In this document: positions 34,759-43,741 of the stretch, in pieces
Layout of the letters: each line of letters begins with the position of its first letter
Position numbering within the stretch: the stretch's first letter is position 1
From: Thermodesulfobacteriota bacterium
GTDB lineage: Bacteria; Desulfobacterota; Anaeroferrophillalia; Anaeroferrophillales; Tharpellaceae
Direction: 5' to 3'
DNA: 63,117 nt
Assembly (NCBI GenBank): GCA_024762675.1
Contig: JANTGZ010000002.1
Span: 1 to 63,117, forward strand
Position numbers and translations under genes: made by a program
The notes under the pieces: model-generated
Databases searched by the model: none
Told to the model about the DNA's origin: nothing
The model's input: the letters and a program-made list of their open reading frames with translations, nothing else

Positions 34759-35457
34759 ATGACTCAGAATTCTCCCGCGTCGGCATTAAAAGATGAGAAA
34801 CCGCGTATCAGTTGGTTCAAGCTTTTTTTTGTGATCACGGTTGCGACGGCAATCGGCTGTGCCATTGCCGTGTGGCTTGTTACTATTTTTCTTTTTCCTC
34901 GAGAGTTTAAACCTGTTACTCTGAACCCGTCTGAAGAAAAGGTTCTACAAACCAAACTCAGCCATTTGGAGGCAAAACCTCGGCAAACGGTTGACGGAAA
35001 AAGGGTAAAACAGAGAAATGGAAATGACAAGTTAGCCCCGAAGGCTTACAGCGAAGTAGGTGCTCGGCGTGAAATAACATTTACTGAAAGAGAGGTTAAT
35101 GCCCTGTTGGCCAGAAATACCGAACTTGCCAAAAAACTGGCTATCGATTTTTCTGATGACTTGGCCAGCGCCAGGCTTATAGTACCTCTCGACAAGGATT
35201 TACCGGTCATGGGGGGCAAGACCATTAAGGTCAGTGCTGGGCTTAAACTGAAGTACAGCCATGGTAAACCGACTGTAATCTTAAAAGGTATAAGCCTCTG
35301 GGGCGTATCGGTTCCGAATTCTTGGTTGGGCAATCTGAAAAATGTTGATCTAGTGGAAAAATTTGGTGAAGAGAATGGGTTTTGGAAAGCTTTTGCGGCC
35401 GGGGTTGATGATATCAAGATCAGTGAAGGCTCTTTACGCTTCAAACTAAAGGAGTAA
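34759..35457 (+). CDS. Hypothetical membrane-anchored protein
   Basis: ATG 34759 with a GGAGGG Shine-Dalgarno sequence. One N-terminal TM helix (LFFVITVATAIGCAIAVWLVTIFLF). No recognisable motif. Confidence 0.5.
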   Translation: MTQNSPASALKDEKPRISWFKLFFVITVATAIGCAIAVWLVTIFLFPREFKPVTLNPSEEKVLQTKLSHLEAKPRQTVDGKRVKQRNGNDKLAPKAYSEVGARREITFTEREVNALLARNTELAKKLAIDFSDDLASARLIVPLDKDLPVMGGKTIKVSAGLKLKYSHGKPTVILKGISLWGVSVPNSWLGNLKNVDLVEKFGEENGFWKAFAAGVDDIKISEGSLRFKLKE

Positions 35458-35518
35458 CGAGCTGGTTTTAACAACTGGCGTGAACTTCCCATTGATTTTT
35501 TCGTTGAGCCATAAAAAA

Positions 35519-35550
35519 GCGGGCTGTTTCCGAGGAAGGAAACAGCCCGC
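35519..35550. terminator. Bidirectional intrinsic terminator
   Basis: 13-bp perfect stem GCGGGCTGTTTCC / GGAAACAGCCCGC with a 6-nt loop. It is flanked by A6 on one side and T4AT5 on the other, and sits between convergent genes. Confidence 0.8.
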
Positions 35551-35605
35551 TTTTATTTTTGGTGTTGCAAACGGGATGAATTTTTTACATTACAGGCATC
35601 AGGAA

Positions 35606-38600
35606 CTATTTTAGAAAAGCTCCCCAGAGGTCATAAAGCAACTCGTTGCCGCCACCGGCCCCCTGTTCAACTGCAACATATTCACCCGCTTCATAGACTT
35701 TTATCAGAACGTAGCCGCCCTGATAACCAACTACTTCAGCTTCGCGATCAAACTTGTAGAAAGTATCATCCTCACCCATACTCCAGATCTCTGGTTCTGT
35801 TCCAGCAAATGGCAGCCGGAGAATTGAGCCGAGTTCGCATTCATGTGCGTACTCATACTGCAGAGGATGAGCGATTGCAAACCCTCGTCCTTCAAGATAA
35901 ACGCTTTCATCACTGCCAACCGTAAAGCCGCAGGCTTGAAGGTGGTTTTTAAGCTCGGCTGGGACATAAAAATACATTTTATCCATCCATGGGCCGTTAA
36001 CTACCTGTTTGATATATTCGGCATTTTGTTCCGAATGAGTCAACAGATTGGGGTCAATGTCTGGAATTTGATTGCCTATGACTGAACCTTCACCCGCCAT
36101 TTTAAAGAGCTCTTCAGCATGATGATGGCTTAATTTAAGAACCTCATCAGCCCTGGCACCCAGGAAACGCAACCCATTGGCTTCCATTGGTTTAAGATAG
36201 TCAATTTCACCATCGACGACAAACAAACCGTCGGGGTTTGCCATCTCCATCATGCCGCTATCATGGCTGTAGCGCATGAAGCGATTCTCTTCAGTAAACC
36301 ATGGTGGTGACCATGGCATAAACATAATATTTCGGTCGGTTACGCGGTGGGCTCCGGCCGAAGTTGCGGAATCACCATGACAATCATTACATGATTTTGA
36401 ACCTAAGGCCTTTTCCGCAGGCTTAATACCATGGCTGTCAGAGAAATAATGCGCAGCGATAAATAGTACCGGATGGGGATCACTCTCGCCTTCGGCCTTT
36501 AGTACGGTTGTTAAAGCAGCTTGTACAGCTCTGACATCCTCATCCCACCAGATATCGGGAAACATATCTCCGGTATGATCGAAGAGGACATAACCGCTAT
36601 CTTTCAAAACAACGCGTCCGATATTGGGGTTTTCGGCCCAGGTTGGATCGTTAGGTGGAATCATAGCCATTTCCATGGGTGAAACCACGCCCAATTGAAT
36701 TGGTCGTTTATATGTTTTTATAGCTGCATTGAGTTCCTTTACATAGAGAACCTTTGCCCCACCATATGGGAGATCCGACATGTCGGCGTCTGGTTGAGGG
36801 TTAACATCGACCCAGGTCATGACTGTAATCGGGTTCCCGATTACGACTTGGGGGTAGCCATTAATACCGCTGGCATAATATAAGGGTGGAAAGTTCAAGT
36901 TGGGTTGCTGCGGATCATAGTCGAGCGGCACACCCATTTGCTTGTAGCCTTCGTAGCTGACCTGGAGAAAATAGTTCCAGAAATCAAATTTAAAATTGGT
37001 CGGCATGCCATTGACTAAACGACCGGGATCAGCTTCACCGTCCATGTTGAAGTAATTGACCATCTGGGAGACAAAATCCATCGATTGGACTCCCTTACCA
37101 TCGGCGTCAATTTGCTGGCTGACCATGTTGAAATGAGGAATTCCGTAACCCGGGGAAGTACCGTAAACCGGTTGCAGTGCGTATGGAGGTCCAGGAAAGG
37201 CCATTCCCTTACCGTCACCGACAACCCCGGCGACCTGATCAGCAAGGACATTATAGCCCATCAGGTTGTCAAAATTGGTGTAGTATCCCAGCGTATCATC
37301 AAAGGTTCTAAAGCGCCAGGTTTTGCGATAAGGGGAATGGCAGGCTTGACAGGAGACTACGGCCAGGTGACGTCCGGTAGTTTCCCCAAAAGTCTCTTCA
37401 TGTTTAGCTATGGGGCTTGGTGCATTGGCATCTTCTCCAGCCAGGTGACAGCCTTCACAACTTTTGGGGCGGGGGTTGGCATCAAGATCATTACGAACCA
37501 TATGGGCCGTATCGACTCCTTTGAGAAAATTATGTTTATCTTCTTTGCTGCCGCTTGCGCGCAAATGGCAGGTACCGCAACCTATTTTCTGACTCGACAT
37601 ATGGACATCATAGCCCATTGCTTCAGGGTCGTCTGTAAAGTTAACGTAGTTGCCATTTTTTACCCAGTCCGCCGGCATGCCCAGCATATAGGTCCGGCCT
37701 CGGGTCCATTCACTGTTGCCATGATCCTTAGTCATGACATGGCACTGGCCGCAAACTTTGACCCATTTAGAACTGTTAATGTCGTTCTGGCCACCAAACA
37801 TTTCAGCAATGGGGATGGCACCATTACTGTCAAGGTCACTGGTGTTATAATAAGCTTTAGGTTGCCATTCATCACCGTCACGGTCAATCGTTATATATGT
37901 TGCAGGTGAGCCGTCATGGTCAAAATCAAGGCCCATGAGACCGGCTGTCGGCACCATATCAAAAAAGCTGGGTAAAAGATCGTGTAGCGTGGGGCTCACC
38001 TTGCCTTCTGGAATGGCACCTTCTTGAATATCTTTAATTACCAGGGAGAGATCAACCTGTCCGGTGTCGGGGTTGATATATGTAGTATCACCCTGCATGA
38101 ACAAGCCCATGGCGTATATGGAGCCACTGTATTCCTCACCGACCTTCCCAGTGTAGGGTATACCTTCCCCTTCAATTACACCGACTCGGATAAAATCACG
38201 CACAGAAGCATCACAGCTATCCCAGTTGCTATAGAACTTACCCGGCTCATAGGCTCGCAAACCGTAAGGCACCGGCAGAAACATATTACTGCCCGGCATA
38301 TTGAACTTAATCTGGTAAGCAAAAACAAAATCGTTGAACATAAAGCCCATCAGCATGTTCATGTCACCTTCTGACGGCATCAGGCCTTTGTCCTTGAAAT
38401 ATTGGAGAAAACCCGTAAAAAATTGTTCCAGAGCTGCTTGGGATGCCTGTAGACGACTCATCTCATCGGCAACACCATTGGGGTTGCCGCAATATTCCGC
38501 CCTCAACATACCCGTTGCCGGGTCCCAGATTTTAGGTACATTCTGGCCATACAGAGCGTAAGGCAGTGGAACGCCGCTGTCTTCAATCTGCTTAAGGCCA

Positions 38601-39634
38601 TCAACCCACATCTGCATCATTTCACCAACGATTTCCTTGGGTAGTTGGGCCATCGCCATAAATGGGGTTGGTCGACCCATGCGTTGGGGGCCATCGGTAT
38701 AATTCATGGCCGTGCTGTTTTCAAGGCCAACTTTGGTGGGCATGCCGAAAGAGATTTTTTCAATTTTCTGAGTCTGTGGGTTTCGATCAGCGAAAATCAT
38801 CATCCGTGGTCGAAAGGGTTGAACTTTAAGACCATCAGCAGCCTGGTAAGTATAACTGCTGTCGGGGTCGATATGGCAAAGTAGACAGTCGGCTTCCATG
38901 ACACCGGATTTACTCCAGTCATGGGGGCGGGGCTCGCCGATTAAGGCCATAGTTTCATCAATGGTCTCTGCACCATATAAGGCTTTGACGAGATCATTGG
39001 AGTCGTAGCCGTAGAAGTCACGGTCATAGGTGTGCAGAGGGGATAATGTTTCATCTGTGAAAGGAGTTACTGTGTTATCATCGTTGACAACTCCTTCAAC
39101 CGGGCCGCCGCCGGGATGGCAGGAGTAACATGTAGCCATATGGTCGGCGGTTCCGATATCAAAGAAATAGGGTTTTCCTTCAGATGTGAAAGAAGCATCC
39201 TTGCTGCCGCGAACCCCTTTTGCCGCCAACTGGCGGTAAGAGGGGGGTCACCATGCTCCAAACTGGCCCGGACTCAAAAGATGGCCATAGGCATGGGTAA
39301 GATATTTCTGCAGGTTATTATCTTTATTTTCACTGACCCAGGTATCGCTGGCGCCGCCATTAACTCCAGGGGTTGTCCCTTCGCGAAAATGATAGGCTTT
39401 AGTGATTGAGTTGTAATCATGACACTTGCCGCAGGTCTGTTTAGGACTGTAGGCGGGCCCCTGTTTGTAGATAGCACCGCTGGCAGCAGTCGTTGTATCG
39501 TTATCATTTAACTGGTCAATAATGCGGTTGCCTTGTGTGTCGTAAAGGACTACCGGGGGATGGGCTGCCGTCGCCAGTAAGGGGGTAAGGGCCAACAGTA
39601 AGGCTCCCAGGATAAGGGTTTTGACTTTTCTCAT
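35606..39634 (-). CDS. Very large secreted multihaem c-type cytochrome; one reading frame with a single in-frame UGA at 39250-39248
   Basis: ORF 39634-39248 has a signal peptide plus CGKCH. ORF 39229-35606 has 7 CXXCH motifs: CYSCH, CLLCH, CGQCH, CGTCH, CEGCH, CQACH and CNDCH. The two are in the same frame, separated only by TGA plus six sense codons (PPSYRQ). The downstream ORF has a TTG start, no Shine-Dalgarno sequence and no signal peptide. The alternative readings are two separate genes or a pseudogene. Confidence 0.55.
39214..39245 (-). promoter_or_regulatory. SECIS-like hairpin downstream of the in-frame UGA
   Basis: Minus strand: UGA CC CCCCUCUU A CCGCC AGUU GGCGG C AAAAGGGG. The upper stem CCGCC/GGCGG starts 11 nt after the UGA. 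The apical loop AGUU contains GU. The lower stem is CCCCUCUU/AAAAGGGG with one mismatch. Confidence 0.45.
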
Positions 39635-39698
39635 TGAACTACCTCCAAAGGATAGAGAAATATTTTAAAAGTTAAATAATTCGTTAGGTTTATTTTTG

Positions 39699-40598
39699 TT
39701 ATTTGCGTAAAATTATGCCTTTGTGGCATTGCATGCACTCTCCCGTTTCATGGCAGACGTTACAGCTGCGGAAATTACGTCGAGCGGCTTCTCCATGTCC
39801 ATTATCACGTTGATAGGAGATCCAATCACCACGGAAATGAGAGACCGGTTTCTGGTGTTTATGGCAATCGACGCAATAACCGGCTGAATGACAGGTGGCA
39901 CAGGTGCGGCGATCATGGGTCGCCTCAACCCCGTGACCGGTTGTTTTCCAGCCAAAGTTGTGATCCCTTGGCTTTTCAGTCTCGTGACATTTCTCGCAGA
40001 AAGCTTGGCGATTGGGATGGCAATAGCCACAAGAAGTTGAGAGGCGGCTGGCAAAGCCATGTTTTGTTTCCCAGTCCTGGTTATGGCTTTCAGGGGCTTG
40101 CTCGGCTCTGATTTCACTATGACAGGCTTCGCAATCGGTTGGTCCTTCCTGTTTTTTGTGACATTTTAGACAGAGTCCCATCTTCGGGCCGTTTTCCAGG
40201 CCGCGCTCCTTATTGAGCGATTGATGGCATGAGTAACAGGTAATATCACTGTGTACTTCATGATTGAAGATTAGGTCGGCAAAGCTCTTAGGTTTAACAC
40301 TTTTCTCAATCTCATAATCCTTGTCGGCGCTTTCCGGGGAATGGCAGAGAAGGCACTCATCAGAAGGTTCATCAAGGTTTATTTCGTGACATTCCTGGCA
40401 ATCTGCCATCGTGGCGGCGGCAAAATTCCCCTCAGCATCTTTTTGATGACATTGGTCGCAGGTAGCTTCCTGCTCCATTATATGGAAACGGTGACTGAAT
40501 TTAAGACCTACTGAAGTTTTACAGGCTCCGAGAACCAGAGCCCCAAGGGCGATTGCAGCAAGTCCGACCCAGAATAATTTTCTTTTTTGCTTACTCAT
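39699..40598 (-). CDS. Dodecahaem c-type cytochrome (periplasmic, possibly lipid-anchored)
   Basis: 12 CXXCH motifs in ~299 aa. N-terminus MSKQKRKLFWVGLAAIALGALVLGAC is a signal peptide with a possible lipobox. ATG 40598 is preferred to TTG 40667. Confidence 0.85.
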   Translation of the reverse strand: MSKQKRKLFWVGLAAIALGALVLGACKTSVGLKFSHRFHIMEQEATCDQCHQKDAEGNFAAATMADCQECHEINLDEPSDECLLCHSPESADKDYEIEKSVKPKSFADLIFNHEVHSDITCYSCHQSLNKERGLENGPKMGLCLKCHKKQEGPTDCEACHSEIRAEQAPESHNQDWETKHGFASRLSTSCGYCHPNRQAFCEKCHETEKPRDHNFGWKTTGHGVEATHDRRTCATCHSAGYCVDCHKHQKPVSHFRGDWISYQRDNGHGEAARRNFRSCNVCHETGECMQCHKGIILRK

Positions 40599-40650
40599 AG
40601 AAATAGCCTGTTTAGTAAGGTTGTTAGTAGCTTGAAGATCTCTTCCCGCA

Positions 40651-42048
40651 TTAGAAATTGAGGTCAAGGGTGATTGTTAGAGAGTTGATGTAGTCAACCC
40701 CGAGCTCATCTTCATAGAAATCATCTTGCGCGTATTCATAGGCGAATTCGATCCGTGAGTGGTCACAGAGTCGGTAGGCGACCGCTGCCCGATAGCTGGT
40801 TGAGGCTTCATCTTCGAGGAGGCTGTTGACATCTTCAGTTTTATGGTAGTAGCCGGCTTCAAGTTCCAATTTATGAAATAACTCCTGCTCCAGGTCAACA
40901 AACCAGGAGGTCGACTCAGCTTCGTAAAACTTATCCCGATCCTCCCACCATTGACTGATTCCGGCACTGCAACGAAATCCTTGCCAGCCGAAACATTGAT
41001 CGAGGTCAAAGCCCGCGGTAACCCTTTCAAAATCGGTGTTGTAGAGATTTTCGTCTTCACCATGAGCGAGACTGCGGTTAGTATAGCGACCGAATAGGGT
41101 AAGTCCCTTGATTATAGAGATTGGCTGGCTGATGCGAATGTCAAACTCAAGATAGCCTTGCTCCTGCATAAGATAGAGGCGGTTCATCTCAGAACTTAAG
41201 GCTTCATCCAGGGTATAACTGAAGTCAAAAAGGAAATCGGCATCCGAGGCGATGGCGTAACGGCGGTAGAATGAAAAGTCGAGAACCGTGCCGGTGGCAG
41301 CGATTGTGGTTTCGAGGCCGCTTTCGAAAAAACGGGTATGGTCATTGATAAAGGCGATGCGGCTGCGGAATTTCCAGAGGTCAGAAGGTTGCCAGTAGAT
41401 TGATGATTCCCATGAGGTCTCTTCAAAGATCACGGCATTTACATCAAGTGCCAGTCCCGGTAGGGGACGGACTCTTAAGTTGGCTCCGCCAACCCCGTCG
41501 GGTCCGAGGTCGCTGTAATGCTGGACCGCGAGGCCGCCAAAAACTTCGATTTCCATACCCATCCATTGAGGCCGGTCATAATGTGCCCAGATCCCGTCTA
41601 ACTGTACGGTTTCAGCCCCATAAGCATATTGGCGACCAGCTCTTATGGTAAGATCGTCAGTAAAAAGCCCAGTTTTTTCCAGGTAAGCGTAGTAGCATTC
41701 GAAATCCTGGCGATGACTACCACGGCTGTCGGTATAATCCTGGAAAATCGAGCCCTGACGAGTGCCGTCCAGATCTTTGGCATAGGTGGCCATCGAAAAG
41801 AAGGTCAGTCCTAAGCTTTGCCAGTTGGCATCAATCGCCAGGGTCTCAAAGATATCCTGATCCTGGTCCTCATCGACAGTCATAAAGCTTGCCGGACTGT
41901 CTGACCATTGCAGTCGATATTCTGTGGTACTTCTGATTGAGATATCGGCCCCGCCTAATTCCAGTGCAAATCCGGATGTTGTCAGCAGGCAACATCCCAA
42001 TATCAGCCCGGTCCCAAGCTTCAGTTTTCGCCATTGTAATCCAGCCAT
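40651..42048 (-). CDS. Outer-membrane beta-barrel (porin-like) protein of a porin-cytochrome cluster
   Basis: 465 aa. Signal peptide, many alternating Y/F/W-rich strands, and a C-terminal ...ITLDLNF. It is the first gene of the cytochrome operon. Confidence 0.65.
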   Translation of the reverse strand: MAGLQWRKLKLGTGLILGCCLLTTSGFALELGGADISIRSTTEYRLQWSDSPASFMTVDEDQDQDIFETLAIDANWQSLGLTFFSMATYAKDLDGTRQGSIFQDYTDSRGSHRQDFECYYAYLEKTGLFTDDLTIRAGRQYAYGAETVQLDGIWAHYDRPQWMGMEIEVFGGLAVQHYSDLGPDGVGGANLRVRPLPGLALDVNAVIFEETSWESSIYWQPSDLWKFRSRIAFINDHTRFFESGLETTIAATGTVLDFSFYRRYAIASDADFLFDFSYTLDEALSSEMNRLYLMQEQGYLEFDIRISQPISIIKGLTLFGRYTNRSLAHGEDENLYNTDFERVTAGFDLDQCFGWQGFRCSAGISQWWEDRDKFYEAESTSWFVDLEQELFHKLELEAGYYHKTEDVNSLLEDEASTSYRAAVAYRLCDHSRIEFAYEYAQDDFYEDELGVDYINSLTITLDLNF

Positions 42049-42383
42049 CTAAAATCCCTCTGTTGTAAGTTGACCAATGATCTTTTTTAATAATGGTCTA
42101 AAGGTTGCGGTATCTTAAGAAGCGAAAGATCCCTGTGGAATATTGGGAGCCACAAGAATTATTAAAGTTATAAACCTATAAGCCTATTACCTTATTAGGT
42201 TATATTAATCGACTTGTTTGGTCAAGCAAAACTATGGGAAAACCACGAGAAAGGGTATTCTACTTATATAAATATGGCCTTTAATGACGGTTGCCACCTA
42301 TATATGGTTTTTTTGTATTGTCGGGTAGGGTCAAAACTTAAGCAAACTTCAGAACGTAAAGTGAGAGATTAATGAACAAAAAA

Positions 42384-42413
42384 AGCACGTCCAACATTAA
42401 AGTTGGACGTGCT
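42384..42413. terminator. Bidirectional intrinsic terminator
   Basis: 12-bp perfect stem AGCACGTCCAAC / GTTGGACGTGCT with a 6-nt loop. An A7 run lies upstream and a T5 run downstream. It follows the 42443 gene on the minus strand. Confidence 0.75.
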
Positions 42414-42442
42414 TTTTGAAAAGTGTTGTGCGGGTTTTGTTT

Positions 42443-42868
42443 TTAGCGTTGCCCAACCGCAAGTGGGATGATAGTTGCGGAGTACTCTTCTTGTTGATCA
42501 AGCTCATGTAAAAGCTGATCTTTTAACTCTGGGCTCTCCTCAATCATGGAGGAAATTACGTCCATCTTCTCTTTGTTGCTCTCTAGTTTTTTCTTGCGGA
42601 AGTGGTCGACTGAACAGAGAGCTATGGAGACAAATACGAAAGATCCCCAAACTATGATTAAAGGGACAACCAGAATGTTGAGTGAGGGGATAAAGGCTGC
42701 TGGTATCGCCAGGATGCCGAAGAATTTGCCCATGACTAAACAGATGGCGCCAATCTTGGTCAATGTTGGAATCTTTTGGATGTTCTCCAGTATATCGGTT
42801 GAGTTGACGCTGTGGTGGGCGTAATTACGACTGTAAGTTCTGATTTGGCTGGGAGTCATGCTATTCAC
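42443..42868 (-). CDS. Small membrane protein (2 TM helices, acidic coiled C-tail)
   Basis: 141 aa. Hydrophobic segments IGAICLVMGKFFGILAIPAAFI and LVVPLIIVWGSFVFVSIALC. It has its own consensus promoter. The start could be GTG 42868 or ATG 42859. Confidence 0.5.
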   Translation of the reverse strand: MNSMTPSQIRTYSRNYAHHSVNSTDILENIQKIPTLTKIGAICLVMGKFFGILAIPAAFIPSLNILVVPLIIVWGSFVFVSIALCSVDHFRKKKLESNKEKMDVISSMIEESPELKDQLLHELDQQEEYSATIIPLAVGQR

Positions 42869-42905
42869 CGGTAAAGTTTGAATTTTAGTGGTAATTCTAC
42901 TCGAT

Positions 42906-42948
42906 TAACTAATGTATATATTATACATTAGTTATCTCAGATTGTCAA
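42906..42948 (-). promoter_or_regulatory. Consensus sigma70 promoter overlapped by a 13-bp perfect inverted repeat (operator-like)
   Basis: Minus strand: TTGACA (42948-42943), a 17-nt spacer, then TATAAT (42925-42920). The palindrome TAACTAATGTATA-TAT-TATACATTAGTTA (42906-42934) covers the spacer, the -10 and the likely transcription start. Confidence 0.65.
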
Positions 42949-43052
42949 GTATTTTGAATGGTTTTTATTAGTGAGAATCAAATGGGGTGTTTTTCAAAAA
43001 ACTAATTTGCGACACGTGTAAGGTTTTAATTTTTATTACTTTTTCACCCGAT

Positions 43053-43250
43053 TTAAGAGCCGGACACATTTTCTTCTTGTTTGATCTCTTCGGCCAAATA
43101 GTATTCGCTGGTCAGGGTGCGTTCAATGATTTCATTGCCGAGCAGGGTTTCCAGGACTTTTGTGACCTCCATGCATTTGCCACCTTCAAATCCTGCCAGT
43201 TGAAGGTTCACGGCGCCATCTGAGCCGATTGTTATATTGATTTTTTCCAT
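43053..43250 (-). CDS. DUF2997-like small protein
   Basis: 65 aa: MEKINITIGSDGAVNLQLAGFEGGKCMEVTKVLETLLG.... The pattern matches my memory of DUF2997; no profile search was run. Confidence 0.45.
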   Translation of the reverse strand: MEKINITIGSDGAVNLQLAGFEGGKCMEVTKVLETLLGNEIIERTLTSEYYLAEEIKQEENVSGS

Positions 43251-43330
43251 GATCTATTTATCTCCTGATAATTTATATATCAATAAGTATTAGATTTTAT
43301 CCCTTTTCACATAAGCTCGGATCTTTTTCT

Positions 43331-43708
43331 TTAAAGATCTCGGCTTAAGGTCATATTAATGGTGCCGGCCTTATTCTCCTCATCGGTGAGGAGAAAACCT
43401 TGTTGGGTCAAGGTATCCTTGACGACATTGTAGGCATAGCGTTGATTTAAAGTATCCATGAAGGTGGACTGGTCAACGTCCTGAATAGAGTCCCAGTCGG
43501 CAACCACATCATAAGTTTTTCCATTAAAGCGAAAACCGATATCGTAGCCGCTCTTAGTTGGGATGATAATGTCGGCTTTCTCTTTTTTCCAGAGCCAGCC
43601 TTTGGCTTTTAATTTGCCTTCCTGGTACTCCAGTTCCATATCACTGATCGTTTTTTTAAGAAAGACCTTGTCGGCAATTTTGCTTTTGATTTTGGTAAAG
43701 TGGGACAT
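43331..43708 (-). CDS. DUF1257 (Ycf35-like) small protein
   Basis: 125 aa with an N-terminal MSHFTKIKSKI... signature typical of DUF1257/Ycf35. Recognised from memory. Confidence 0.5.
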   Translation of the reverse strand: MSHFTKIKSKIADKVFLKKTISDMELEYQEGKLKAKGWLWKKEKADIIIPTKSGYDIGFRFNGKTYDVVADWDSIQDVDQSTFMDTLNQRYAYNVVKDTLTQQGFLLTDEENKAGTINMTLSRDL

Positions 43709-43741
43709 GGCAACTCTCCATTGTACAGGTTAAGCTGTTAG

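Noticed and set aside
37085-37909. 274-aa plus-strand ORF
   Set aside because: It is antisense to the large cytochrome gene, with no ribosome-binding site or motif. The ORFs at 38024-38374, 38334-38561 and 38645-38884 are rejected on the same logic.
35606-39229. The TTG at 39229 as an independent start for a separate 1207-aa cytochrome gene
   Set aside because: There is no Shine-Dalgarno sequence, and no signal peptide, which a c-type cytochrome needs. The frame is continuous with the upstream signal-peptide ORF apart from one UGA. The TTG also lies inside a hairpin.
42049-42380. Searched the leader of the porin-cytochrome operon for a GEMM/cGAMP-type riboswitch
   Set aside because: I found no GNRA hairpin plus AAAGCC junction, and no terminator, on the minus strand. 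The region is only AT-rich promoter-like sequence.
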